Below are positions 32,473 to 42,601 of a stretch of DNA of 64,000 nucleotides, in pieces. Numbering within the stretch: the stretch's first letter is position 1; each line of letters starts with the position of its first letter. This DNA is from Eubacteriales bacterium (GTDB taxonomy: Bacteria; Bacillota; Clostridia; Oscillospirales; CAG-382), in the NCBI GenBank assembly GCA_045592105.1, contig JAZNUB010000033.1, positions 162 to 64,161 of the forward strand, read 5' to 3'. A model generated the notes under the pieces. It was not told the origin of the DNA. It did not search any database and saw only the letters and a list, made by a program, of their open reading frames with translations. Made by a program: the position numbers and the translations under genes.

Positions 32473-32501
32473 TTGACAAAACGGTGCTTTTGTGCTATTA
32501 T
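32473..32501 (+). promoter_or_regulatory. sigma-A-type promoter for tRNA-Glu
   Basis: TTGACA 32473-32478, 17-nt spacer, TATTAT 32496-32501. Confidence 0.5.
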
Positions 32502-32510
32502 CTAATGCAC

Positions 32511-32585
32511 GGCCTGTTAGTCAAGTGGTCAAGACGTCGCCCTCTCACGGCGAAGGCAGGGGTTCGACTCCCCTACGGGTCACCA
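32511..32585 (+). tRNA. tRNA-Glu (anticodon CUC), CCA encoded
   Basis: Hand-folded. Acceptor GGCCTGT/ACGGGTC, anticodon arm TCGCC-CTCTCAC-GGCGA, T-arm AGGGG-TTCGACT-CCCCT. Confidence 0.9.
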
Positions 32586-32784
32586 TCAAAGCCTTGAAAC
32601 CTTTTGGTTTTAAGGCTTTTTTCATTTTATGTTTATATACCCGTTTTTATTATAGCCAAAAAGCAAGCCAAATACAGGGGTATTGACTTGTAAAGAACAA
32701 TGTGCTAAAGTTTTTTATGAAAATGTGAAACCTTTTTATCTTTTTTGCGAGATATATAACAGAAGCATCAAAAAGGAGGGCGTA

Positions 32785-33339
32785 ATGGAGGATTATCGCA
32801 TAGTGGACCTGTACTGGGCACGTTCCGAAAGCGCGATAGAGCAAACTAAATACAAGTACGGCAGGATGCTTATGGGCGTTTCCTTTGCACTTTTGCAAAA
32901 CGAGGGGGATGCGGAGGAGTGCGTGAACGACACGTATCTTGCGGCGTGGAACAGTATGCCCACGGAACGGCCAAGCTATCTGGGTGCGTTTTTATCCAAG
33001 ATAATACGCAGGCTGTCCATAAACAGGTATCGTGCCGCACACGCCGAAAAACGCGGCGGGATAAGCGTGCTTACCGAGGAGCTTACGGAGTGTATACCGT
33101 CTACCGTTTCCGTGGAAACGGATTACGAAAACCGCGCGCTTGCCGATGCCATAAACCGATTTTTGCTTTCCTTGGATGAGGAAAAACGCTATATTTTCGT
33201 AAGGCGGTACTTTTATTCCGATTCGCTTGCGGAGATAGCGCAAAAATGCCGTATGCGTGAGGGCAAGGTTAAAACCGCGCTGTTTCGCACCCGCGGCGCG
33301 TTGAAGGCGTTTCTTGAGAGGGAGGGGGTTGTGATATGA
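32785..33339 (+). CDS. ECF-type sigma-70 family RNA polymerase sigma factor
   Basis: Start moved to the ATG at 32785 (RBS AAAGGAGG). Region 2 DAEECVNDTYLAAW. Region 4 SLAEIAQKCRMREGKVKTALFRTR. Confidence 0.85.
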   Translation: MEDYRIVDLYWARSESAIEQTKYKYGRMLMGVSFALLQNEGDAEECVNDTYLAAWNSMPTERPSYLGAFLSKIIRRLSINRYRAAHAEKRGGISVLTEELTECIPSTVSVETDYENRALADAINRFLLSLDEEKRYIFVRRYFYSDSLAEIAQKCRMREGKVKTALFRTRGALKAFLEREGVVI

Positions 33340-33953
33340 ACGATGTGAAAAAGCAAAAGGCAACGGCTATTTTTTGCGCCATCGGGATGATAGACGATAG
33401 CATCGTGAATCAATGCCAAGCCCCGCTTTACTTTAAAAGAAAAACGGCAAAGCGCAAGCTTGCCATAGCCGCCGCCGTTGCCGCCTGCGTTGCGCTTACG
33501 ATAACGCTTAGCGCGCTAAGCGCGGCGATAAGCGCGAAGCTGTTCTTCCCCACGAAGGACGAGGTTGCGCAGCCAACGTTAGAGCAAGCGCTGATAAACG
33601 CAGAGGCTAACGCAAAACGCCAAAAAGCCGAGGAGCTACAGCTTTTCGGCGGCAAAGCAAGCATTATATGGCAACAAAACAGCGAGGGTGACTACTTTGT
33701 GCTGGACGTGGGCTCTGATACCGTGGTTAAAAGCATAAGGCGGGAGCTTAAGCGTGAGGGCGCGTTGCTGCCCCCCGATGCCGAAAGCCCCGATATAAAG
33801 GTGTGGATAAGCTATGGCGACGGAAGCGTTGTATCCCCCTACCTTAAAAACACGGCGGGCAATATCGGCTACGGAAGGCTTTTTGATTACTCGGCAGAGG
33901 TTTTGCCAAGCGAGGGCTTGGCAGAGCTGGTGGACGGCTTGCTGTCCGCTTAA
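33336..33953 (+). CDS. putative anti-sigma factor (single-pass membrane protein)
   Basis: ATGA overlap with the sigma gene. Short cytoplasmic N-terminus, one TM (LAIAAAVAACVALTITLSAL), then an extracytoplasmic domain. Confidence 0.6.
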   Translation: MNDVKKQKATAIFCAIGMIDDSIVNQCQAPLYFKRKTAKRKLAIAAAVAACVALTITLSALSAAISAKLFFPTKDEVAQPTLEQALINAEANAKRQKAEELQLFGGKASIIWQQNSEGDYFVLDVGSDTVVKSIRRELKREGALLPPDAESPDIKVWISYGDGSVVSPYLKNTAGNIGYGRLFDYSAEVLPSEGLAELVDGLLSA

Positions 33954-33982
33954 CTATCGTTTTTAGAAAGGATGAAAAGGTT

Positions 33983-35521
33983 ATGAAAAAGGTTATATCT
34001 GTTATTTTAATGATTTGTATGCTGTTTTCTTTGGCTGCTTGCGGTGCGGATGGAGGGGTAAATTGGGCACCTGATGAGTATTTTCCCGCACCGGGTTTGA
34101 AGGAAGAGCTTGATGCCGAGGTGCCGGAGGCAGATGATGGCATCATAAACGGCGATGAATACGGTAAATTTATAGAAAACAAGTTTGTTTATACTACTGA
34201 CGAAAACGTTTCCACCTTCGCGGCAGACGTTGATACGGCTTCCTTTGCGTATTTCAGAAAGCTTATAAACAACGGCTACACCTTTGAGGAGCTTAAAGCC
34301 ACCGCAGGCAATGCTATCCGCACGGAGGAGATGATAAACTACTTCGATTACGGCTACCAAAGCCCTGCCGAGGGGGAGCTGTTTTCCACCCAAATGCAAA
34401 TAGCGCCCTGCCCTTGGAACGAGAATGCAAAGCTTTTGGTGCTTGGCTTGCAGGCAAAGAAGCTTGAAACGGCAAGCAAAAACAACCTTGTTTTCCTTGT
34501 GGACGTTTCCGGCTCTATGTCATCACCCGATAAGCTGGAGCTTTTAAAAACGGCGTTCACCTATCTAATAGATAAGCTTGGCGAGGATGATACCGTTTCC
34601 ATAGTAACCTATTCGGGCAATGAAAAGGTTGTTTTAAAGGGCTGTAACGGTGCTAAAAAGGAAATGATTATTAACGCCGTAAACAACTTAGAGGCAGGCG
34701 GCTCCACCAACGGGGAGGCTGGCTTGCAAAAGGCGTATCAGATAGCGGAGGAGTATTTTATAGAGGATGGCAACAACAGGATAATTATGGCTTCCGACGG
34801 TGACCTTAACGTTGGCATCTCCTCGGCAGAGCAGCTTAAAAGCTACATTTCCGAAAAAAGGGAAAGCGGCGTGTTCCTATCTGTTTTAGGCTTCGGAACG
34901 GGCAACTATAAGGACCCTAATATGGAAGCGTTGGCAGATTGCGGCAACGGCGTTTATTACTATATAGACAGCGAAACAGAGGCAGAAAAGGTGTTTGCAA
35001 CGGATTTGTTCTCCACGCTTTACACGGTTGCAAAGGACGTTAAGCTTCAGCTAACTTTCAACAAGGATGCGGTAAGTGCATACCGTCTTGTTGGCTACGA
35101 AAACAGGCTTTTAAACAACGAGGATTTTCTTGACGACACAAAGGATGCGGGCGAGCTTGGCGCAGGCCACAGCCTAACCGTGTGCTACGAGCTTGTTTTG
35201 ACTGACAGCGCAATGGAAGCAGACGAGTGGATGAAGCTGGGCGTGCGCTACAAAGCCCCCAACGGCGATAAAAGCGAGGGGCAGGAGTACAGCTTTGGCA
35301 AAGCGGCTTATACCGAAACGCCAAGCAACAGCTTTAAGTTTATCTGCTGTGTGGTTGAAACCTCTATGCTTCTGCACGATAGTGAGTATATAGGCAACGT
35401 AACGCTTGAGGATATTACAGAAACGCTTAGCGCACTTCAGCTTGATAACGACGAGGAGAAGGCGCAGTTTAAAACGCTTTTGCAAAAGCTTGCCGAAAAC
35501 AAGGGCGAGTATAAATATTAA
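33983..35521 (+). CDS. von Willebrand factor type A (vWA) domain lipoprotein (YfbK-like)
   Basis: Lipobox LFSLAAC. MIDAS motif LVDVSGSMSS...GSTNG...SDGD. Confidence 0.85.
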   Translation: MKKVISVILMICMLFSLAACGADGGVNWAPDEYFPAPGLKEELDAEVPEADDGIINGDEYGKFIENKFVYTTDENVSTFAADVDTASFAYFRKLINNGYTFEELKATAGNAIRTEEMINYFDYGYQSPAEGELFSTQMQIAPCPWNENAKLLVLGLQAKKLETASKNNLVFLVDVSGSMSSPDKLELLKTAFTYLIDKLGEDDTVSIVTYSGNEKVVLKGCNGAKKEMIINAVNNLEAGGSTNGEAGLQKAYQIAEEYFIEDGNNRIIMASDGDLNVGISSAEQLKSYISEKRESGVFLSVLGFGTGNYKDPNMEALADCGNGVYYYIDSETEAEKVFATDLFSTLYTVAKDVKLQLTFNKDAVSAYRLVGYENRLLNNEDFLDDTKDAGELGAGHSLTVCYELVLTDSAMEADEWMKLGVRYKAPNGDKSEGQEYSFGKAAYTETPSNSFKFICCVVETSMLLHDSEYIGNVTLEDITETLSALQLDNDEEKAQFKTLLQKLAENKGEYKY

Positions 35522-35567
35522 GCGTTACAAATAAGGCTCGATAATTAATGGAAGGATAAGGTATGTT

Positions 35568-36446
35568 ATGAAAAAACGTATTGGTTTAATTCTTTTGGCG
35601 TTGCTTGCGGTGCTTACGCTTTCCTCTTGCAGCGGCGGCAATAAATCCTACATTGGCACCGAGGATATGTACGAGGGCGAATACAAGGGCGAAGACGTTT
35701 TGGAAAACGGTACCTCTGTGGGAACGGACGGTGCCATTAAGGACGAAACGGTTAAGATTATACGCACTGTTAATATTAACGGCGAAAGCAAGAGCTTTGA
35801 AAAAAGCATTCAGGATATACAAGCGCAGGTAAAAAGCAGCGGCGGTTATATAGAAAACTCCGAAATAAGGGGCGGCAAAAGCTATATCAACGATTCTGTA
35901 AACGAACGTATCGCAACTTACGTTATACGTATTCCTGCGGATAAGCTTGATTCGTTTCTTGGGATTACAAAAGGGCACATTAACGTAACTTATTCCTCTG
36001 AATACACCGAGGACGTTACGTTGGACTACTACGATATACAGTCAAGGCTTAACACCTTAAAAAGCAAAAAGCTTGCCCTTGAAAATATGCTTGAAAAGGC
36101 AGAAACTCTTGATGATATTTTGAAAATACAGGAAAGCCTTTACAACGTTATCGAGGAGATAGAGGCGCATCAGTCCAAGCTTAACCTTTACGACAACAGG
36201 GTTGATTATTCCACCGTGAACCTTACCGTTCGCGAGGTGGTGGAGTATACGGAAGGCGAGGTAAGCTTTGGGAAGCGTATTGGCAAGGCCTTCCGCGGTG
36301 GCTGGAGTGCTTTTGCGGCAACGTGTGAAGGGCTTACTGTCGGTTTGGTGTATGCGGCACCGTTCCTTGCTATCCCGTTTTTGGTGGGTGCGGCGTTCCT
36401 TGTGTTTTATTTTGTAAGAAGGCGAAGAAAAAATAAAAAGAAATAA
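35568..36446 (+). CDS. DUF4349-like lipoprotein with C-terminal TM anchor
   Basis: Lipobox LTLSSCSG, coiled-coil middle, C-terminal TM followed by RRRRKNKKK. Confidence 0.65.
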   Translation: MKKRIGLILLALLAVLTLSSCSGGNKSYIGTEDMYEGEYKGEDVLENGTSVGTDGAIKDETVKIIRTVNINGESKSFEKSIQDIQAQVKSSGGYIENSEIRGGKSYINDSVNERIATYVIRIPADKLDSFLGITKGHINVTYSSEYTEDVTLDYYDIQSRLNTLKSKKLALENMLEKAETLDDILKIQESLYNVIEEIEAHQSKLNLYDNRVDYSTVNLTVREVVEYTEGEVSFGKRIGKAFRGGWSAFAATCEGLTVGLVYAAPFLAIPFLVGAAFLVFYFVRRRRKNKKK

Positions 36447-36454
36447 GCCTTGCG

Positions 36455-36720
36455 TATAAATTGTTGCGTAGCATACCGCAACAAGGTTTAGCTTTAAAAT
36501 GAAACGTAACGCCAAAAATGTAGGGGTCATTCACGAATGACCCGTTATGCGGCGGTTAAATTAAGCGCAGAATTTAAGTGCTTCGTAGCGGTCGATTCGT
36601 GAATCGACCCTACGTACCGCAACGGGCTTTTATTTTTTAAAACCAAGCCTTGCATTTAAATTGTTGGGGCATATTTTGTATTTTAGTGAAGTTTAGTCCT
36701 TCGAACCAAGTATAGTAAAA
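36455..36720. repeat. REP/BIME-like intergenic repeat cluster (family 3)
   Basis: GTAGGGGTCATTCACGAATGACCC (36520-36543) and inverted GGTCGATTCGTGAATCGACCCTAC (about 36588-36613). Collinear with 56690-56784. Confidence 0.75.
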
Positions 36721-36817
36721 TTTGCCACTTTGCTTTCGGCAAAGTGGCAAATTTAGTAAGGGGCTGTAAAAAACTTTGTTTTTTACAGCCCCTTCGCTTG
36801 TTTTGTTATTTTAGGTA

Positions 36818-38191
36818 TTAGCCGATTTCGGGAAGAGAAGCTGCTGCAACGGACTGACCAACGCGGCGGCTCTTTTCGTCGGGGATGTGAAGCTGAATCT
36901 TCTTTGCAAGCTCCGGAAACTCTGCCTCAAGTGCTTCCTTTGCCTTTGCTATAAGGATGGTGCCGCCCTCTCCGGAGGTTACACGGCCCATTATCAGCAA
37001 ATGCCTTATATCGTAGAACCTTGCGTAATAAGCGATAGCGTAGCCAAAGCAGGTGCCGATGGTGCTGTAAACCTTTGCGGCGCGCTCGTCCCCTTCTGCC
37101 ATAAGCTTCTGTACCACTTTAAGCTTTTCGGCAGGGGAAAGGCTTTCATCAAGCTCTATACCTGCCAAGGGAGCGTATTTAATAACGCCGTCCTGAGAGA
37201 AATACTTAACGCCACAGCCATAGTCACCGGACCATTCATCCACCATAGCATCGGTATTATAGTCACAGGGAACGAAAGCAAGCTCGTTAAGCCAGCCTGT
37301 TATGTTGCCCGCACCGTCAACGTAGCCTGCCGCCTCGGAGGTACCCATAGCAACGCCAACAACGTTGTTATCCTCAAGGGACATTGCACCTGCAAGCGCA
37401 GTAACGTCACCATCGTTTGCAACAACAAGCGGAACGTTACCAATTTCCTTAGCAACGTCTATATACATATTCTTAACGTGCTTATCAAAGTCCTCATCAT
37501 TAACCTTGAGGAAAAGGGAAGCCACCATAATACGGTTGTCAACGTAGATACCTGCGCTGGAAACGCCGATAGCATCAACACGGGGCATTTTGGAAGCCGC
37601 CGTTTTCATAGCGTTAAGAATACCCTCGTAATGATACTTGGGGTCGGAATTGGTTTTGGGGAACCAAACAACCTCTTCGCTGTAAACAGGCTCGCCGTTG
37701 ATAACCGCGCTAACCTTCCTGTCACTTCCGCCGGCATCAAAGCCGATACGGCAACCGTCCAAATGCCTGCCTATGGGGCTTGCGGTTTCGTACGTTTCGG
37801 GCGCATTAGCAAGGTCGGTAACTATAACCTCAAAAGGCTTTTCATAAACGCGCTCCATAAACTTATAGTCAAACTCGCGCTCGCCGCCTGCCTTGTAAGC
37901 ATCCGCAATGCGCGCGCCAAGCACGGGTGCGCCTGCAACTATTATCTTGTAGCCGCCGTATACCCAAAGCATGGATTTAACAAGCCTTTCGATATAACGG
38001 TAGTTCTCTTCATCCTTGCCGCTGCCTTCGGGATAAATGCGCGTTTTGTAAACGGATGTGTAATCGTTATTTCTAACAACGCCAAGAACTATATCCAAGC
38101 CATTGTCCTTAACAGCCTCTTCAAAATCTCTGCACAAAACAGACATAGGTGCAAAATTAGGGTCCAGAACGGGTGTAACCTTAAGCTTCAT
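36818..38191 (-). CDS. ASKHA-superfamily sugar kinase (ROK/BadF-like) with N-terminal extension; putative GlcNAc kinase
   Basis: IGFDAGGSDRKV phosphate-1 motif. NDGDVTALAGA. Overlaps nagA by 11 nt. Confidence 0.6.
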   Translation of the reverse strand: MKLKVTPVLDPNFAPMSVLCRDFEEAVKDNGLDIVLGVVRNNDYTSVYKTRIYPEGSGKDEENYRYIERLVKSMLWVYGGYKIIVAGAPVLGARIADAYKAGGEREFDYKFMERVYEKPFEVIVTDLANAPETYETASPIGRHLDGCRIGFDAGGSDRKVSAVINGEPVYSEEVVWFPKTNSDPKYHYEGILNAMKTAASKMPRVDAIGVSSAGIYVDNRIMVASLFLKVNDEDFDKHVKNMYIDVAKEIGNVPLVVANDGDVTALAGAMSLEDNNVVGVAMGTSEAAGYVDGAGNITGWLNELAFVPCDYNTDAMVDEWSGDYGCGVKYFSQDGVIKYAPLAGIELDESLSPAEKLKVVQKLMAEGDERAAKVYSTIGTCFGYAIAYYARFYDIRHLLIMGRVTSGEGGTILIAKAKEALEAEFPELAKKIQLHIPDEKSRRVGQSVAAASLPEIG

Positions 38192-39320
38192 AACGTACGG
38201 TACCTCCTATAATTGTTTTGCATATTCTGATATTCTCGTCAAAGATAACAAGGTCAGCATCCTTACCAACCTCTATAGAGCCCTTCTTGTCGTTTACGCC
38301 TATTGCGGTTGCGGGGTTAAGAGAAGCGGCGTTTACAACCTCGTGCATAGCAAGGCTTGTGTTGTTCTTGAAGTTAAGAACGGCATCGTTCATGCGAAGC
38401 ACGCTGCCTGCAATAGTACCGTCCGCCAGCAAGCACTTTATGCCGTTAAGGAAGAACGTTTGACCGCCAAGATCGTACTCACCGTCAGGCATACCGCCTG
38501 CACGCGTACAGTCCGTAATAAGGCAAAGCTTATCGCCCTTAACCTTTGCAACAAGCGAGAAAAGCGCGGGGTGGATATGGAAGGTATCACATATCAGCTC
38601 TACGCTAACGTTGTTGTTAAGCGCCGCGCCAACAACGCCGGGGTTGCGGTGTTGAAGTGCCGTTTGTGCGTTGAAAAGGTGGGTTATATGCCCTATGCCG
38701 TTGTCTATGGCTTCCTGCGCTTGCTCGTAATTAGCATCGGTGTGGCCCATGGAAACAAGAACGTTCGTTTCCTTCTTAAAAGCACGAAGCGCTTCGTACC
38801 CCTCGTCCATTTCAGGGGCAAGCGTTGTAATCTTTATAAGGTCTGCATACTTTTTGAAAAACTCTGAAGTGGGCTTAAGAATATATTCCTCCGCCTGTGC
38901 GCCCTTCTTTTTGGGGTTTATGTACGGGCCCTCTGCGTTTACGCCAAGGATAGCGGCACCGTTCCAGCTTTTGCTTTGCTCCTTTAAGCCTGCTATCGTT
39001 TCAAAAGCGGCTGCAAGCTGCTCTACAGAAACGGTCATCGTAGTGGGAAGCCAGCCGGTTACGCCGTTTTTAGCTATACCCTCTGCCATTTTGCGTATAC
39101 CTTCCGCTTTACCGTCGGAAACGTCCTCACCCAGATAGCCGTGGATGTGCAAATCAATAAAACCGGGCGCAACGTAGTTACCGCCCGCATCTATAACCTC
39201 TGCACCCTCGGGAATGCAACAGGGGCATACTATGCCGCTTATCTTTTCGTCGTAAGCTAACGCTTTGCCTTCCACAACTCTGTCTTTTAAAACAATTTTA
39301 CAATTTGTTATATACTTCAA
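38181..39320 (-). CDS. nagA: N-acetylglucosamine-6-phosphate deacetylase
   Basis: GFIDLHIHGY, HLFNA and SLNPA motifs. 379 aa. Confidence 0.9.
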   Translation of the reverse strand: MKYITNCKIVLKDRVVEGKALAYDEKISGIVCPCCIPEGAEVIDAGGNYVAPGFIDLHIHGYLGEDVSDGKAEGIRKMAEGIAKNGVTGWLPTTMTVSVEQLAAAFETIAGLKEQSKSWNGAAILGVNAEGPYINPKKKGAQAEEYILKPTSEFFKKYADLIKITTLAPEMDEGYEALRAFKKETNVLVSMGHTDANYEQAQEAIDNGIGHITHLFNAQTALQHRNPGVVGAALNNNVSVELICDTFHIHPALFSLVAKVKGDKLCLITDCTRAGGMPDGEYDLGGQTFFLNGIKCLLADGTIAGSVLRMNDAVLNFKNNTSLAMHEVVNAASLNPATAIGVNDKKGSIEVGKDADLVIFDENIRICKTIIGGTVRYEA

Positions 39321-39389
39321 AAGCCATTTCCTCCTTAAAATCGGTATTATTTACCTTATTATACTTTATACTATAAATAAAATCAAGCC

Positions 39390-40022
39390 CTACGGCAGTA
39401 TAAATTTAAGCAACTCGCTTGTTTTTTGGGCAGTATATATGCCGCCGGAACAGTCCCCATACCCCCAGCTTACGCCAAGAAAATCAAACCCGCACGCTTT
39501 CGCCGTTAGACAGTCCGTTTGGGAATCGCCAATGAATAAAACCTTGCGCGGATTGGGGATGGAAGCAAGCGCGGCAAGCGGTATATCGCCCGCGGGCTTT
39601 CTGCTTCGCCCCTCGCACATACCGCAAACGGCAAAGAAGCTATCGCCAAAGAAATGGCGTATAAGCATTTTTGCCAAAAATTCGTCCTTGTTGGTGGCAA
39701 CCGCCATTTTAACGCCTGCCGCTTTAAGCGTTGCTACGGCGTTTACCATATCGGGGTATGGCGTGGTACTGTCAAGCAGATGCTCGGCATAGTATGCGCG
39801 GAACTGCTCCATAGAAGAACGTATCGTTTCCAAGCCCGTACCTTCGGGGAAACAACGCTCCATCAGCTTAAAAAGCCCGTCCCCTATCCTGCACCGCACC
39901 CCCTCGCGCTCCAGCGGGGGAAAAGAAAACCTTGAAAGCGCGTTGTTTACCGCTGAGGTTAGATCCCCCAGCGTGTCAAGCAACGTGCCGTCAAGGTCAA
40001 AAATTACCGTATCGTAAGTCAT
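39390..40022 (-). CDS. HAD-superfamily phosphatase (phosphoglycolate-phosphatase-like)
   Basis: VIFDLDGTLLDT, ATNK and GDSQTD motifs. Confidence 0.8.
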   Translation of the reverse strand: MTYDTVIFDLDGTLLDTLGDLTSAVNNALSRFSFPPLEREGVRCRIGDGLFKLMERCFPEGTGLETIRSSMEQFRAYYAEHLLDSTTPYPDMVNAVATLKAAGVKMAVATNKDEFLAKMLIRHFFGDSFFAVCGMCEGRSRKPAGDIPLAALASIPNPRKVLFIGDSQTDCLTAKACGFDFLGVSWGYGDCSGGIYTAQKTSELLKFILP

Positions 40023-40252
40023 CTCTCGGAAGTAACGCGCTCAAGGTACTCAGCAACGTCACCAACGGTTTTAAGGGTAAGCGCATCCTCGTCGGATATA
40101 ACGATGCCCATTTCGCTTTCAAGCGTCATAAGTATCTCAACAAGGTCAAGAGAATCTGCACCCAAATCCTCCATTATGCTGCTATCCTCAGTAATCTCGG
40201 AAGCGTCTATTCTAAGCTGCTTGGACAAAACCTCAATAATTCTTTCTTTCAT
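40019..40252 (-). CDS. acpP: acyl carrier protein
   Basis: DLGADSLDLVEILM phosphopantetheine site. Start set to the ATG at 40252 (77 aa). ATGA overlap with the HAD gene. Confidence 0.8.
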   Translation of the reverse strand: MKERIIEVLSKQLRIDASEITEDSSIMEDLGADSLDLVEILMTLESEMGIVISDEDALTLKTVGDVAEYLERVTSER

Positions 40253-40395
40253 AGTTATCAAAACCTCCATAAAATATTAAAAGTTATCCCTTGTATAATA
40301 ATATAAAAACTTTGGTTTGGCAATACCTTTTTTTATTTTTTTAAATTATTGACTAAACAGCCCCTTTGTGTTAAAATGATACAGTATGGGAAATT

Positions 40396-40908
40396 ATGCG
40401 GAGGATTGGGGGTGTTTGCGTGATAATACTGGGTATAGACCCCGGCATTGCCACCGTTGGCTATGGCGTTGTTGCGGCGGAGGGCGGAAGCTTTCGCGCT
40501 TTGGAGTACGGCGCGATTATCACAAAAGCGCACACCCTTTTGGAAAACCGCATTTGCAAGATATACGATGAGGTTACTGATATTATCAAGCGGCACAAGC
40601 CCGATGCGATGGCTGTGGAGGAGCTGTTTTTTAACAAGAACGTTAAAACGGCGATAGACGTTGCTCAAGGGCGCGGGGCGATATTGCTTGCGGCTTGTAA
40701 GTGCGGCGTTGATATATACGAGTACACTCCGCTTCAGATAAAGCAAAACCTTGTTGGCTACGGCAGGGCGGAAAAGGGGCAGATAATGTATATGACGAAG
40801 CTGCTTTTAGGGCTTAAGGAAACCCCAAAGCCTGACGATACGGCGGATGCCTTGGCGATAGCCATTTGCCACGCGAATTTTATTATACACAATAGCTGGA
40901 GGGCGTAG
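40396..40908 (+). CDS. ruvC: crossover junction endodeoxyribonuclease RuvC
   Basis: ILGIDPGIATVGYGVV and VEELFFNKN motifs. The true start may be the in-frame GTG at 40420. Confidence 0.9.
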   Translation: MRRIGGVCVIILGIDPGIATVGYGVVAAEGGSFRALEYGAIITKAHTLLENRICKIYDEVTDIIKRHKPDAMAVEELFFNKNVKTAIDVAQGRGAILLAACKCGVDIYEYTPLQIKQNLVGYGRAEKGQIMYMTKLLLGLKETPKPDDTADALAIAICHANFIIHNSWRA

Positions 40909-40910
40909 AG

Positions 40911-41498
40911 ATGTACTATTACATAAAGGGCGAGCTTGTTCATTTAAGCGAGGATTTTGCCGCTATTGACTGTAACGGCGTGTGCTATAAGCTGTGGATA
41001 AGCGGAACAAGCTATTCCGCGCTTGCGCCGTTGTTCGGCAAGAAGGCACAGCTTTACACCTATCTTAACGTGAGAGAGGACGTGTTGGAGCTTTACGGCT
41101 TTGCCACCGAGGAGGAGGGGGAGCTTTTCAGGCTTCTTATCTCGGTATCGGGCGTGGGGCCGAAGGCGGCGTGCAGTATACTTACGGGGCTTAACGTTAA
41201 CCAGCTTGCCGCGGCCATAAACGCGGGGGATGCAAAGGCGATAAGCCGCGCACAGGGCATAGGCTTAAAGACCGCGCAGAAGATAATACTGGAGCTTGGC
41301 GGGAAGATAGCAAAAAGCGGCATAAGCGGCACGGTAGAGGGCGCAGTACCCACCGTGGCAGACAGCGGCGCTATGGACGCGCTTTTGGTGCTTGGCTACA
41401 GTAGGGCAGAGGCGGCGGCGGCGCTAAAGGGTGTGGACAGCACTTTGAGCTTGGAAGAGAAGATAGCAGAAGCGTTGAAACGCTTATCCATAATATAA
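40911..41498 (+). CDS. ruvA: Holliday junction DNA helicase subunit RuvA
   Basis: MYYYIKGEL..., LISVSGVGPKAA and GIGLKTAQKIILEL HhH motifs. Confidence 0.95.
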   Translation: MYYYIKGELVHLSEDFAAIDCNGVCYKLWISGTSYSALAPLFGKKAQLYTYLNVREDVLELYGFATEEEGELFRLLISVSGVGPKAACSILTGLNVNQLAAAINAGDAKAISRAQGIGLKTAQKIILELGGKIAKSGISGTVEGAVPTVADSGAMDALLVLGYSRAEAAAALKGVDSTLSLEEKIAEALKRLSII

Positions 41499-41519
41499 CG
41501 GCTAAAGGGGGCGGAGCAG

Positions 41520-42587
41520 ATGCCGCTTAACACCGGTAGTGAATACGAATTTGATTATGAAAGCCGCCTGATGGCTATGGAAGAGAACGCGGAGGACGCG
41601 GAGAACGAAAGCTCCTTGCGCCCTAAGACTATGGAGGATTACGTTGGGCAGGAGAAGGTTAAGGAGAACCTATCCGTGTTTATTGCCGCCGCAAAGGAGC
41701 GCGGCGATAACCTTGACCACGTTTTGCTTCACGGCCCACCCGGTTTGGGTAAAACCACGCTTTCTATGATAATAGCGGAGGAGCTTGGCGTTAGCTTGAA
41801 GGTGACAAGCGGCCCCGCGATAGAGAAGGGGCGCGATCTTGCGGCACTTCTTACAACGCTTGGAAGAAACGATATTCTTTTTATAGACGAGATACACCGT
41901 TTGCCCCGTCAGGTGGAGGAGGTGCTGTACTCCGCAATGGAGGACTACGCCTTGGATTTGATGATGGGCAAGGGCCCTGCGGCACGCAGTATACGCATAC
42001 CCCTAAAGCCGTTTACGCTTATCGGCGCAACAACGCGTGCTGGGCAGCTATCCGCACCGCTTAGGGATAGGTTTGGTATGCTTTTCCGCTTGGAGATGTA
42101 TACCCCGAAGGAGCTTGCAAGCATCGTAACCCGCAGCGCGGGTATACTTGGGATAGACATACTGCCCGACGGTGCTTTGGAGATAGCAAAACGCTCGCGT
42201 GGGACACCGCGTATAGCCAACCGCTTGCTAAAGCGCGTGCGCGATTTTGCGCAGATTATGGGTGACGGGGTTATTGACCGTGCGATAGCGGATAAGGCGT
42301 TGGCAAGCCTTGATATAGACGCTTTGGGGCTTGATGCAACGGATAGGCGTATGCTAACGGCTATAATAAAGCATTTCGGCGGCGGCCCCGTTGGCTTGGA
42401 AACGCTTGCGGCGGTAACGGGTGAGGAAGCCGTTACGCTTGAGGACGTGTACGAGCCGTATCTTCTTCAGCTTGGGTTTATTAACCGCACGCCGCGCGGC
42501 AGATGTGCCACGGCGGGTGCGTACAGGCACATGGGCTTTGTTCCGCCAAAGGATGCGGCAGAGCAAACGAAAATATTTAACGATTAA
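41520..42587 (+). CDS. ruvB: Holliday junction DNA helicase RuvB
   Basis: [29 protein letters not shown] and FIDEIHRL. Confidence 0.95.
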   Translation: MPLNTGSEYEFDYESRLMAMEENAEDAENESSLRPKTMEDYVGQEKVKENLSVFIAAAKERGDNLDHVLLHGPPGLGKTTLSMIIAEELGVSLKVTSGPAIEKGRDLAALLTTLGRNDILFIDEIHRLPRQVEEVLYSAMEDYALDLMMGKGPAARSIRIPLKPFTLIGATTRAGQLSAPLRDRFGMLFRLEMYTPKELASIVTRSAGILGIDILPDGALEIAKRSRGTPRIANRLLKRVRDFAQIMGDGVIDRAIADKALASLDIDALGLDATDRRMLTAIIKHFGGGPVGLETLAAVTGEEAVTLEDVYEPYLLQLGFINRTPRGRCATAGAYRHMGFVPPKDAAEQTKIFND

Positions 42588-42601
42588 AAGGGGTGCTTGC
42601 T

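Noticed and set aside
32492-32686. 64-aa ORF overlapping tRNA-Glu and its terminator.
   Set aside because: It is fully explained by the tRNA gene (32511-32585) and the terminator hairpin.
36501-36540. Short ORFs starting ATGAA(A/G)CGTAACGC (MKRNA...) in the family-3 repeats (also about 56810).
   Set aside because: The frames diverge immediately after 5 codons and terminate within the palindromes. The conservation is explained by the repeat DNA.
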